Positions 26,179 through 39,195 of a stretch of 64,000 bases of DNA are shown piece by piece (position 1 is the stretch's first letter; each line of letters starts with the position of its first letter). The stretch is from contig NIVC01000151.1 in assembly GCA_002269645.1 (NCBI GenBank), forward strand, positions 124,001-188,000, in the 5' to 3' direction. The notes beneath the pieces are model-generated. The model was not told where the DNA came from. It saw nothing but the letters and a program-made list of their open reading frames with translations, and did no database searches. The DNA comes from Macrostomum lignano. Its lineage: Eukaryota. Made by a program: the position numbers and the translations under genes.

Positions 26179-26840
26179 TCAGAGGCCGGGCAGGGTGGAG
26201 TGCGTGGGCTGCATGAGCATGGAGGCTTGCAGCAGGTGGCCGGCGGTCAGCAGGCTGGAGCCGGACTCCGGCGAGCCGCCTACGGCAGCGGCGGCGGCGT
26301 CGAGGCCGACGGCAGAGTTGGCGCTGTTGTCGTCGTTCTCAGCCAGCGGGTCGTTGGAGGCCACCTCCGACTGGCGATCATCGAACAGCGAGTCGGAACC
26401 GGGCGGCAGTAGGCAGCCGTCTACGCCGCAGGCCGCGCCGGCGCCTACCGAGTCCTCGTCGACATCGACACCGGACGGGCGACAGCCGACGTTGATCTTG
26501 TCGTCCTCCTGCCACTTCTCCAGCGAGCGCCGGCGCGCATTCATGAAGAAGTTGGCGACAGTGGACACCTCCAGACACAGCTGCTGGGCAATGGTTGCCT
26601 GCATCTCCTTGCTGGGCCGCTTCGTCTCCTTGAAGATGGCGTGCAGCGTCCGCCGCTGAATGTCGGTGAACACCAGGCGCGGCTTTTTTGGCGGCGATCG
26701 GCCGGCGCAGTCGGCGGTCAGCAGCAGCGAAGAAGCCGCCGCGGCCGCCGGGGTCCCAGAAACGGCTGCCGAGTCCGCCACGCTGGTGGAGGACAGGGAC
26801 AGGTCGGAGAGCCCGTCCGGCTCCTCCTTGCGCTTGCAGG
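26179..26840 (-). CDS. onecut: Onecut homeodomain exon (ACKRKEE...KKPRLVFTDIQRRTL...VANFFMNARRR)
   Basis: ttgcag acceptor at 26842-26841; atypical F48/M50 homeodomain diagnostic of Onecut; stop TGA at 26181-26179. Confidence 0.95.
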
Positions 26841-27014
26841 CTGCAATGCAGGGCGGGTTCGAGTCACCAAGGCTTGGGGTGCCCCCTGCCCTCGGGTAGC
26901 AGCAGCTCAGGCTAAACTCACCGACTCCTGCCGCTCTGGCAGGGGAGACTTTGTCCGACGCCACGGAGTCCTCTTTTGAGTGGAAGGCCTCTGAAATCAG
27001 AGTGGAGTTTGAGA

Positions 27015-27560
27015 TTTGAGTGTGATTTAGTGTAAGATCTCACCTCTGACTGGGCTTGAGATCTCAGATCTGATTGAGTGTGAAATCTCACCTCTGACTG
27101 GGCTTGAGATCTCAGATCTGATTTAATGTAAGATCTCATCTCTGACTGGGCTTGAGATCTCAGATCTGATTGAGTGTGAAATCTCACCTCTGACTGGGCT
27201 TGAGATCTCAGATCTGATTGAGTGTGAAATCTCACATCTGACTGGGTTTGAGATCTCAGATCTGATTGAGTGTTAAATCTCACATCTGACTGGGCTTGAG
27301 ATCTCAGATCTGATTGAGTGTTAAATCTCACATCTGACTGGGCTTGAGATCTCAGATCTGATTTAATGTAAGATCTCATCTCTGACTGGGTTTGAGATCT
27401 CAGATCTGATTGAGTGTGAAATCTCACCTCTGACTGGGCTTGAGATCTCAGATCTGATTGAGTGTGAAATCTCACATCTGACTGGGCTTGAGATCTCAGA
27501 TCTGATTGAGTGTGAAATCTCACATCTGACTGGGTTTGAGATCTCTTATCTGACTGGCAT
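27015..27560. repeat. 48-bp minisatellite with GAGATCTC/TCAGATCTGA palindromes (onecut intron)
   Basis: About 11 units. Confidence 0.95.
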
Positions 27561-28680
27561 AAGATTCTCCCGAGTCTGAGATCTGCACACCAATGGTCTC
27601 TTGTACCACTCATACAGGCTAAAATTGATAATTCTACTTGATGAGCTCAGGACGAGAAAACCAGTGGCAAACTCCTTTATCAACAACATCAGCTACTGGC
27701 TCGCAACCCGCAAGCCAAGCTTGGAGGATAACGTGAATATTCGAGTCGGGGCGGGGCCCAACAACGCGATGCTTCAAAGGGGGCCGCACAAACAAAGGCA
27801 AGGCCTGAGCCAGCAGTCTCAACAGTCAAAAGCCGGACACAAAAGTTACGCTTCATAAAGCATCAAGCAGAGGGCGTGGCTCGCTCCCAAGGCTGTGGCT
27901 AAGCACTGAGGGCCTCGGCAGTGCAACAACAATGAAGCCCGAACAGACTTGGCCGCTTATACTTTATTATTAGCATAGCCGGCTGCATTCTGCCAGCCAG
28001 TTTTCCCTCGCTGTGCAGCACTCTGCGAAACTAAGATCTGGGAGAGGAGAGACAGCCTGGGGTGGCTGGGGGGCAATGCGCGGCCTTGTTGCAGAAGACT
28101 GCTGCAGCTTTGCTGCGCACCAACAAGGCCAGGGGAGCAGCGGCAGCAGACGCTCGCTCCCAAAAAATCCAAGCCATTTCTCTGTCTATCCCTCTCTACC
28201 TCCAAATCCCCATTTCTTCCCGCTTGCAGCCCCCCCCTCTCCAAACACAGCGGGCCAAAAAGCCGCAACCCGCCGCCTCCCCCCTCCTCCCTCAGCAGTG
28301 CTGACGGCCTTTCCGCCCGGACAGGAAGGCCGGCCAAGTCGGGGCCGACAACGGCCTGGGCAGCACGGGAGGGCGGGCGGGCGGGCGGGGCCTCAGAAGA
28401 AAGTTGCGCCTCCCTCAGCAGCAGTCCGCAGCTCCCCAGTGTCGCCAAGGCTGCCTGCCCGTCTGCCTGTGCTAATTGGGCCCCGGTGACACGGAGTGCC
28501 GGGACCGCCGTCAGCACTTTGCTGCTGCACTGGCTTCACAGTAATGGCCCGGCCCATTCACTTAGCTGCGTCTGCGCTTAGCCAGTTTACAGTCTCAAGT
28601 CTGCCCCTGGAAGGAGCGTTGCCTTGCATTCATTTACTGCAGGATTTGTTCAGAACTTTGAATAATGAACTCATGGTGAG

Positions 28681-29450
28681 TGCCAGGGCAGCTGGTGCCC
28701 ACACTGATGACACCAGGGCAGCTGGTGCCCACACTGATGACACCAGGGCAGCTGGTGCCCACACTGATGACACCAGGGCAGCTGGTGCCCACACTGACGA
28801 CACCAGGGCAGCTGGTGCCCACACTGATGACACCAGGGCAGCTGGTGCCCACACTGATGACACCAGGGCAGCTGGCACCCACACTGATGTACACCAGGGT
28901 TGCTGGTGCCCACACTGACGACACCAGGGCAGCTGGTGCCCACACTGATGACACCAGGGCAGCTGGTGCCTACACTGATGACACCAGGGCAGCTGGTGCC
29001 CACACTGATGACACCAGGGTTGCTGGTGCCCACACTGATGTACACCAGGGTTGCTGGCACCCTCACTGATTGACACCAGGGTTGCTGGCACCCTCACTGA
29101 TGACACCAGGGTTGCTGGCACCCTCACTGATGCACACCAGTGTTTCTGGCACCCTCACTGATTGACACCAGGGTTGCTGGCACCCACACTGATGTACACC
29201 AGGGTTGCTGGCACCCTCACTGATTGACACCAGGGTTGCTGGCACCCTCACTGATGCACACCAGTGTTTCTGGCACCCTCACTGATGACACCAGGGTTGC
29301 TGGCACCCTCACTGATTGACACCAGGGTTGCTGGCACCCTCACTGATTGACACCAGGGTTGCTGGCACCCTCACTGATTGACACCAGGGTTGCTGGCACC
29401 CTCACTGATGCACACCAGTGTTTCTGGCACCCTCACTGATAACACCAGGG
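28681..29450. repeat. 30-bp minisatellite CACCAGGGCAGCTGGTGCCCACACTGATGA (onecut intron)
   Basis: Units drift in sequence from left to right. Confidence 0.95.
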
Positions 29451-29559
29451 ATGACAAATTATGCACCTTAGAATAGCTCCCAAATTGAAATATAGAATTT
29501 CTGTACTCTCAATCTTGAACTCCAAATCCTCAAAGCGAATAGAGCAGCAAGCAACTCAC

Positions 29560-29940
29560 CCGCCAGCCTCAGGGCCGACATTCTCTGCAGCTCAGGCTCC
29601 TGAAGCCACTTCCACATCCTTCTGAAGGTCTCCCGGCCAGACTTGAGCTTGCTCCAGGGCTTGGGATTGCGCAAAAGGTCTGACAGAGTGCCCTGGCTGC
29701 GGCACAGAACCCGCTGGGCGAACACCGCTTGCGGTATGCTGTACCGCTTCAGCTCCGAGCTGATTCGGTGTGCCAGCTCCTTGGTGTTGATCTCCTCACC
29801 GTCGGAGGTGGCTGGCAGATCCGCAGAAGGCGAATGCTGCTGCTGCTGGGCATCCACAGAACCAACGAGGGAGCTGGCAGTGCCAAGGACAGGCAGAGGT
29901 GCCGGCTGCCTGCTGGCTGATGTAGCAGCGCTTGAGGAAG
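29560..29940 (-). CDS. onecut: Onecut CUT-domain exon (EEINTKELAHRISSELKRYSIPQAVFAQRVLCRSQGTLSDLLRNPKPWSKLKSGRETFRRMWKWL...RLA)
   Basis: catccag acceptor and gtgagt donor; phase-1 intron at the RLA|ACKRK junction as in other Onecut genes. Confidence 0.95.
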
Positions 29941-30060
29941 CTGGATGCAGAGGAAAAGTTTTAATTCAAGATCAGTGAATTTGTTGATTTTAATGAACCA
30001 AGTATCTCAATTGATTCGCCGCAAATGGCTATTATTGGCCGCTATTGCACAATATCTCAA

Positions 30061-30246
30061 GGCTGTTCAGTCCAAGGACTGGGGGTCGCCATACCCACCC
30101 TCAATTACCTGGCACCCATTTTATAGCTGGGTGAACTGAAGAAATGCAGAGTTGAGTGTCTTGCTCAAGGACAAATTGTTACAGTGGGGCTGGGAATTGA
30201 ACAACCAACCTCAGTTATGAGTCTGAGCTCTACCCACTAGACTACA
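30061..30246 (-). mobile_element. Second copy of the CORE-like SINE
   Basis: A box TAGTCTAGTGG, B box GTTCAATTCC, same CORE-like block and CCCAGTCCTTGGACTGAACAGCC segment as the 17390 copy. Confidence 0.7.
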
Positions 30247-31399
30247 ACCTCTAGGCTAGGGCCTATAATATTCAATTATCCCAACAATCAATGAGTAGAA
30301 GTGATTTAATTTTCACATGAAGCCTTTTTATTAGCTCAAAAAGGACAGTTTAATGCTTGAAATGAGGCTACAATGCAATGATCTATTTGCAATACCCATT
30401 TGCTTAATGCAATACATGCAGCTATTTATTGAGATATACTAAATCGAAACAATTTGCCTACCTATTTCTATGCAATGCTATAATTTGACTATATAATTGA
30501 ATCTGATAACTAATTGATTAAGTTTATAAAAAGACTTATATTATATACAAGCTATATTAAAAAGAGCTCAAAAGTATGTCTTTTAAGTCATTTATTTAGC
30601 TACAAATACATTTAACAATGTTTTATATTTATCAATATTATCTATCCTATGCTATGCACTAGGTGTAGATCTAGAAAATTTTTGAGAGGGGGGCAGGTTA
30701 TACTAAGCACTATAACCCAATATTGGAAAATAGACCTAAAATAGAGTCTATTTAATTTTTATAATAATAATTGATTATACATGCCATAATTGTGCAAGAT
30801 ATACAATTGATAGTAGCTTAGCTATAACTTATTATGTGGCATATCTGTGAAGGCTATATATAGCTATTTAATCCAAGGACTAAGAGGCCACATACACTTT
30901 CAATTATCCCAGCTAATGATGGCAGTGATAGACCAAGGTGCCATAGACTAATGTGGCCACAAGGCAAATCTATTTCTTATTGCTTTGAAGCAATAAAAAG
31001 AAGGTTAAAAGGAGGGTAAGATAATAGAAATGGAAGCTCTCTCTCATCAATTCCTCTTATCTCAACCTCTGAGTCCTTATTATATTTGCCAAACTATCTA
31101 GTTTTAGATAGGCCTAGCATTTGAATAACCAATAGTCAATACTATATTAATAACAATACTGAGTACTCTTACTCATTGATAGTTAGGCCTACAATTGTTA
31201 ATTAGGCCTATAGTCAAATTTATAGTTAGAATTAAAAGGTATCACAATGGTTCTGACTCCTCTTTAAACCCAAGAAGCTAGAAAAGCCAATAGTAAATTA
31301 AAGAGGTTAAAATTTATTTCCTTTTGCATAAGCTGATTTAGAACTATGCCTATACTATGGCCATATTAGTGTGTAGCCACTTTAGACATGCACCAATAG

Positions 31400-31500
31400 T
31401 ATCTAATTTATAGCTAGGTGAACTGAAGCAATACAATATAAAGTTAAATGTTTTGCCTAAAGACGCAAATAGTTCTAGTGGGATTGGGAATCAAATTTCT
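31400..31500 (-). mobile_element. Eroded fragment of the same SINE
   Basis: TTTATAGCTAGGTGAACTGAAGCAATA aligns to the 30061 copy with many G>A and C>T changes. Confidence 0.5.
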
Positions 31501-31788
31501 AACCATGAAAATAAAGTAGAATCAATATTTAAAAATAAAATAAATCTTGTATTAATAATAGGCAGTTGTTATTTGTCTAGTGACTGAACAAATAATGATA
31601 TGGTTGTTCATTTGGTTATTAGATAAATAGCCATAGTTCACTATTTGTTTAGTTAATACTAGAAACAGGCATTTTGTTATTTGTCTATTTAAATTGATAA
31701 CACTAATTATTTCAATTTTTACAATGCATTTTCAAGACTTTAAAGATTCTTAATCTTATTCAAAACTTGATTATTATATTTTCATACT

Positions 31789-32080
31789 CATACATGCGCA
31801 GCCTCCAAAATTCGGTCAGCTATGCGACTTAGTTTTAACAAAAATGCCTATAGTTTTTGGCCAAAAATGGGACTTACATGTAAAAAAACCCTAACGCAAA
31901 ATTAACGCAACTTTGGGTAAACGGCAGGAGTAACTATAACTGTCTTATTAGGTCAAAATGCCTCGTCAGCTACTTAGAACTGCACTGGTATTTTTTGGTG
32001 GGCATTTTTGTGACTTCCTTGGTTGGCCGCCAAATTGGTCGGCCGGATCGGCCAACTCGGCAAACTGTTGCGCATCTATG
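31789..32080. mobile_element. hAT-type MITE in onecut intron
   Basis: TIR CATACATGCGCAGC / GTTGCGCATCTATG; 8-bp TSD TTCATACT / GTCATACT with 1 mismatch. Confidence 0.75.
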
Positions 32081-32355
32081 GTCATACTAGTATATATCTT
32101 GACTTTTTTGTCTTCTTATTTTTTTTTCTCTCCTTTTTTTTCTCAAATTTTCATTTTTCACATTTTTGACTTTGCAACTTAGGCCTTGGCTAGTGGCTAT
32201 TTCACCCATTTAGTTCAGATATGTTGGATGGGTATTGGGCATGTATATTTATCTAGATTCTAGTATTAATTGAAAAAATAGTGGTAATAGCTTTGTTTGA
32301 TAACTAAAAGAATAACCACTTTGCTTATTTGTCTAGTCACTAAACAAATAATAAT

Positions 32356-32720
32356 GGGGGCTGTAGCCCAGTGGTCTAGCGCAGGCTCTGGTATGCCAGC
32401 AACCTAGGCTCGATTCCAAGTGCAGTTACATTTATTTGGGGCTGAATTGGAATCTTGGCTTGGCTCTGCTCATGCAATTAACGCCTAACGGCCTTGAAAG
32501 CCAACCCCCAAGGCGCAGTGAAGTGTACATGCCTAACGATAAATTAAAGTTAGGGCCCCTATACACTCCTGTGTGAGTGTGTGCCTGCGTATGTATCCGC
32601 GCTTGTATGCCTACTCAGGGGAGTCGGCGGAATGGGCAGTAATGCCTCTCGCTGGTTGTGCCTATGTTGCTTAAAGTGCACCAGGGTGCACACAACCCCC
32701 TGCCTCTAATAAAAAACAAA
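32356..32720 (+). mobile_element. tRNA-headed SINE, different body, related 3' tail
   Basis: A box TAGCCCAGTGG, B box GGCTCGATTCC; 3' CAGGGTGCACACAACCCCTGCCTCTAATAAA resembles the tail of the 17390 SINE. Confidence 0.55.
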
Positions 32721-32939
32721 TAATAACTACTGTATTATTAATATATAACTTGATATCAATACAACAATAATAATAGGGGGCCTATTAAGCTAAATTATAT
32801 CATTAAATAGGCTTATTAACAACCAATAGCAATAGTTCACTTAGTCTTAAGTTCTAAAAATTATATATAAAAATATATTTATACAAAAAATACTTGTTGG
32901 TATTATTAAAGTATTAAATATATTGAATATAAAACTTAC

Positions 32940-33942
32940 CAATAAACTCTGTTTTTACACTAGGCTTCAACTCAGATGCAGAAGACTCAGATTGGATAAA
33001 ATAGGAATTAGTCAAAATCTGACTTGTTTGACTTTGAGTAACTTGCTGCTGTGGTTGAAAAGAATTTGGTTGCATAAAAGAAGTTGTTTGTCCTTGGCCT
33101 TGAGTTTGCAGGATTGTTTGGCCAATGGGCAATGTTGCTTGCAGATTCAATGGAGCAAGTACTTGGTTATACTTATTAAATTCATTAGCAGTTGCATTGT
33201 AGCTTCCTTGCTTTAATTCTAAGCCATTCAACAAGGGATTATGATTTGTGAATGGCTTTATATCTTGCACTTGAAGTCCATAGTTTGCATTATTAGGCTG
33301 CTGGGAAATGGTATAACCACTTGAAGCATGAGCAATAGTTGGATTACAAAACTTGTCTGTTGTAGTTGCAATAGTTGGCAGGGAAGACAAAGATCCTATT
33401 GTAGTGTAGTTTGCACCAATGCTACCATAAGTAGGGCTGATGTGGCTGCCACTCAAAGCATAGGAGTCACTTCTATAGCTTGTTGAAGAATCCAGCATGC
33501 TGCTATCTGGTAGGTTAATTGGTAGAGCAATTCCTGATGAATTGATTGAACTTGCTTGTGGAATCTGAGTAGCAGCAGATGACGTGACAATCAGATTCTC
33601 GGGTTGTTGCTGCATTGGCAGCGATGGTGCAGCAAGCAGGAGAGGCCCAGCGCCCAGCTGGTTTGGATCAACATTGATGAGAGTAATCGTGACAGTTGGG
33701 TTGTCTGCTGAGCCATCCACCTTGGGCAAGCAAATCGCTTGCTGAATAAGCTGCGTTAGCTGCTCATGAGTCAGAGTTATATTCTGACTTTGAGATTGTG
33801 ACACTGGTAGCTGGGATGCGACAGTTGGGTTAGCAGCAATAAGCTCAGGTAAGCTCATGGCAAGTGGTTGAGATGACATCTGAACGTTTCCATTGGATAG
33901 GAGAGCAGTAACCGGCTGAGCCTGGACTTCCATCGCTCTCAT
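32940..33942 (-). CDS. onecut: Onecut probable first coding exon (Gln/Ser/Thr/Asn-rich)
   Basis: 1-kb open frame ending in G|gtaagt; phase 1 matches the CUT exon. Start ATG at 33942 or 33933. Assigned by phase and position, not by homology. Confidence 0.7.
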
Positions 33943-34855
33943 GAAAATCAAAAGCAATCAATAATAAAACACAGTAGTCATTGGACTTGACTGTACGATA
34001 ATTTGTCAAAACGAAGTCTCCAACTCAGAAGGTTGAAAACAGTCAATGTCGGTCAATAATTTAAAGGGGAATTTCGAAACCCATGTATAACAAGTAAGTA
34101 ACAACAACGCGCAGACTTTGATTCGCGCAACTTGTCAATTTTAGACAAAGTAGATCCACTGACGTGCTAAACTCTAGGAGTTTTAATGATTCAGTAGACA
34201 GATTTTTGTAACCTAAAACTCAATGTGTTATAGTTTTATTAGCTTTTTTAAGAAACGCATTGGAAACTTTGTTTTAATCGCAAGATTTCAGTTTTAAAAA
34301 TTGAGCTAATAGGATCTGACTCCGGGCCTTTTCATATTACCAATTCCAGAACCAGAATCGGTTCGGAATTCCAAGAAAAACAGCAGTATAACTATTAAAC
34401 TCTGTTAATATTTGACTGCCTTAACAACCTAACTTAGCACAATTTTTCACTTTCTTCTTGGCGATTGTCATTCAATAATTAAGAGAGTTTATAGCAAGTA
34501 TATCCCTCTAGTTAAGGAGACAAAAAGTTATACTTTACAAATTGGTTCTGGTTCTAGAACTAGAACAAGCAATATGAAGAGCCTCTAGCGCATTTAGCCC
34601 CATTCAAATTAAAAATTCAAACACTGAAAACGTTAAAAAACATTGTTTTTCAAATATTTGAGCCAATTCCAAATCTAATTTTTAATCGTTTGAAGTTTTA
34701 TAGCACACTAAGCCCCCATGGTGGGCGTTCAAATTCAAAATTCAAACATTGAAGGCATGAAAGCATATTTTATATACCAATTTGCTTAATGAATCTCAGT
34801 CGTAATTGGGCCCATTTGCTTACTGCCCTAATCTGCAACTGCGCCACCCTCTCTG

Positions 34856-35178
34856 CAGTGGCGTAGCCAGGGGGGGGCGAGGGGGCCTGGGGGGTTGGAT
34901 TGGGCGCGGCGGGTACCAAAAACCATGAGGCCATTGAGTGCCTGCGGCGCCAAAATGAGTGTCTGCGGCGCCAAAATAAGTTCCTGCGGCGCCAAAATGA
35001 GTGCCTGCGGCGCCAAAATGAGTGCCTGCGGCGCCAAAATGAGTGCCTGCGACGCTAAAATGAGTGCCTGCGGCGCCAAAATGAGTGTCTGCGGCGCCAA
35101 AAGTGGCAATGGCATAAGGCATGGCCAGCCAAGCCAACCCGCCCCCCCCCCAATTGAAATTTCTGGCTTACGCCACTG
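34856..35178. mobile_element. hAT-type MITE with internal 21-bp tandem repeat
   Basis: TIR CAGTGGCGTAGCCAG / CTGGCTTACGCCACTG; perfect 8-bp TSD CCTCTCTG (34848-34855, 35179-35186). Confidence 0.88.
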
Positions 35179-35412
35179 CCTCTCTGTGTTGTAAAATAAC
35201 CCAAGATCATATACACTGTAGCAGTTTAGTGGTTGATGAAAAAAATTGGCTTGTTTCGTCCACACACATCGCAATTCAGCTTTAACTCAGAGACTACTTA
35301 AACTAAGTTAAGTACGAGGGCTATCCCAAAAGTAAGTTTCGCTATTACTATAAAAGACAAACTAGTTAATCCACAATCAACAAAACTTTGCAACTGCAAA
35401 ATGAACTCATAG

Positions 35413-37083
35413 TTACTCTACAAATTTGCCGCCGAGGTCAACGCACTTCTGCCAGCGGCGCACCCACGCCTCGAAGGCAGGGCTGCAACCGCCAATGGCC
35501 AGATGCCGGAGAGCTGATGAAGCACACTGTTATTAATTTGCTCCACCGAGGCAAAACGTTGACCACGAAGACGATCTCCTTCATCATTGGGAAAACGTAG
35601 AAGTCCGCCGGAGCCAAGTCAGGCGAATAGCTCGGCTGAGACAGAACTTCCCAGTCCCAGGACTTTAGGAGCTCTTCCACTCTTCTGGCGCGGTGCACAG
35701 GCGCATTGTCGTGATGGAAGATGACGCCTCTCTCCAGCAAGCCAGGTCGCTTCTTTCTGATCAGTTTCTCTTGCAGAATCCATTTGTAATATTCCGCATT
35801 CACCTTGGTAACGACTGGCACAGGCCAGTCCATCAGAATGTCATGGACGTCGAAGAAGATGATGTGCATCACCTTCGTTGAACTCTGCTTGCGCTGCACC
35901 TTCTCCGGGCTTGCTGATCCCTTTGGAAGCCACTGCGCTGACTGGCGCTTCAGCTCAGGATCTCATTCTTAGATCCAAGTCTCATCCCCTGTCACAATCC
36001 TGCTGAGGAAGTCGTTGCCTTCTCGATGAAATCGACGAAGCTGCTCTCTGGACAGCCTCACCCGCTCCTCCATCTGCTTTTTTGTCAGCAGGTGGGGCAC
36101 CCACTTGACGAAGATCTTCTGCATGCCCAAGTTCTCAGTTAGGATGCGATACACGCTCGGCATTTGCGTTGATGGTAGCTGTTCTCGGCCTTTCGCAGCG
36201 CTCTTGCTCTTCCATACACAGCCTCCCTCTCAGGACCTCACGATCACGAACCCACTTGAGCACTGTCTGAACTGATGGAGCTTCTTCTTTTAAAACGTCT
36301 CCAAGCTTTTCACGAATTGCAGTTGCAGATTTGTTGTTAAACGGGGGTGGGAAGCTACGGGGCTACCCGCGGATCAGCCCTTGGAGGGGCTCTACCGCAA
36401 GAGGGCACTGTCCAGGGGCACAGATAAAACTGTACCCGAGATACCCGCTCGGAGTCCGAGTCACCAATTTAGTTGGGCCCCAGCTTAAGCTAGGGAAAGA
36501 GCGAGGGACTTCAAGCCTACGGTACAAGACACTGCCAACCCAACAGTGGAATCAGGGACGGTGCTAGGACCGAATCCACCCAGACCATCCCCCCAGCTAG
36601 CGAGTCTTTTGGGTGTGCGCAGAAAAATTGGAAAACGAAATGTTTGGGGTACTACTGAAAAAAGCGGTCCGAGTGAGGAGTTACTCCTAAACCTGCGGAA
36701 ATGGCTTAAACTATTGGAGCGAGTCTGGGCAGCTAATTACCAAGAGCGATCCTAGCAGGGTTGGTATGCCGGCTTAAGCCGCCCTGGTGGTCTCGAGCCT
36801 CAAGGCTTTTCACTACCCAGCTCTATTTTGGAGTGAGTCTGGAAGGCTTGTATCCGAGGGGGAGACTCTAGGCGGACCTACGACGCCTCTATTGCTACCA
36901 ACCCAAGGGCATCGCCTATCCAGCTCATTATTGGGGGCCAGGCCAAGGGGTCGGGAGAAAGGCACCCGGGGCAAGAGGACTCCGGACTCAGCCGGTTGTC
37001 CCGTGTTGCCGATTTCCAGCCAAAACTCCAAACTTGATGATGTTCTGAACGTCAAACCGAGTGAACGAAGCTGACGCGGCCAT
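35413..37083 (-). pseudogene. Mariner transposase pseudogene
   Basis: N-terminus MAASASFTRFDVQNIIKFGVLAG (37083-37015) continues as KSATAIREKL after the insertion. Motifs WVPHLL, TGDETW, HDNAP, YSPDLAP; in-frame stops near 35960-35971 and frameshifts; ends KFVE* at 35413. Confidence 0.88.
36333..37010 (-). mobile_element. 678-bp insertion in the mariner transposase (non-autonomous retroposon-like)
   Basis: Flanked by GATTT direct repeats (36328-36332, 37011-37015); on the minus strand it has a 5' stem-loop and an (AAC)n-like 3' end; no recognisable coding domain. Confidence 0.65.
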
Positions 37084-38210
37084 CTTTGCAAAAGTCTGTT
37101 TGATTAAAGTGATGCTAAAGTCACCCATGTTATACGCAACACACAGCAAAGCTATTACAATAATCCATGTCTCATCCAGTGCAATAATCACTGTCAGTTT
37201 TTTCTCTTGACGATTATTTTAGATTTAGTATACTTTAGTATATTTTAGTATATCAGAAGAGTAGGCGTTTGGTAGGTAGATTTCATAGGTAGATTCTATG
37301 ATTTGAACCCTAAACCTAACCCCAAAACTGACCCGGCCTAAACCCTAATCCTAACACTATACGTGAGTCTTAGCATCTTAGCAACTCCCGTATAAACCTT
37401 CAGCCTCAACATTTAAGCAGCTCCGTAAGCCCTGAACTATCAGCAATCCCCCCAGGAGCCTTGGCATCTCAGCAACTCTCCAATGAGCCACAGCGTTTCG
37501 CAGGGTCCCCGTGCCGTTTAGGCAACGAATCCATGTAACCAATGAAGACGTTGATTTCCAATCAGAGAGCAGGAATATACGAAATATCGGAGAGCTTATC
37601 AGAATATCAAGCGTTTATTGACTGACGAGTAAAAAATGATTAGCCAAATGTGGTTAAACATTTAGCAGTCTCTACTTTAAATTCAATTAAGGACAGATTC
37701 TCCACTTTGGTGTTAAATATCAGAGTTTGCAGTTGCCATGGTCCGTGTTTGCATGTCGCACCAGCCAGATGCCGGAGGCCAACTCTCACAATTAGTAAGG
37801 TAGCTGCTATGAATTTAGATTGCTTGTTTGAGTTTCCCAACCGGATCTGAATTTTGCTCAAATAGTAAAGCCTAACCTGGGTTTGGATTGGGAAAAACTG
37901 ACTCTTAATTCTAATGGAATTTGCACAATTTTATCTACAATTCGTTATAAGACTGCATGGGTGGCAACTGCAGTATCCAGATCAGGTTCCGCAAAGTAAA
38001 TTTAGTGCGGAAATTGACAAACAGTGGAAAATGGATAAATGAAGATTGGATATACTATTTTCTAAGAGCTAAAATGACTTGTCTAAATTCTAGAAAGCCC
38101 TGCGAAGCAGTCAATAACTGCTGGAGTAAAATATGCCCATGAAATTTGATTGCAACGCATAGTCAAGGCAGAGGCAAATTCATGAGTTTGCTGGGTCAGA
38201 TAGATATAGG

Positions 38211-39195
<985 letters not shown>

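Larger units (their letters stand above)
35315..37200 (-). mobile_element. Decayed mariner (Tc1/mariner) transposon, one TIR retained
   Basis: TA|CGAGGGCTATCCCAAAAGT terminus at 35313-35333. The matching TIR at the other end was not found, so the right boundary is approximate. Confidence 0.85.

Noticed and set aside
28681-29450. Tandem hammerhead ribozymes (CTGATGA in each unit)
   Set aside because: No GAAA core segment or compatible stems in the unit.
36333-37010. Solo LTR
   Set aside because: The ends are not TG...CA in either orientation.
37290-37350. AACCCTAA-rich stretch as a telomere seed or Helentron end
   Set aside because: Too short and irregular, with no matching terminal structure identified.
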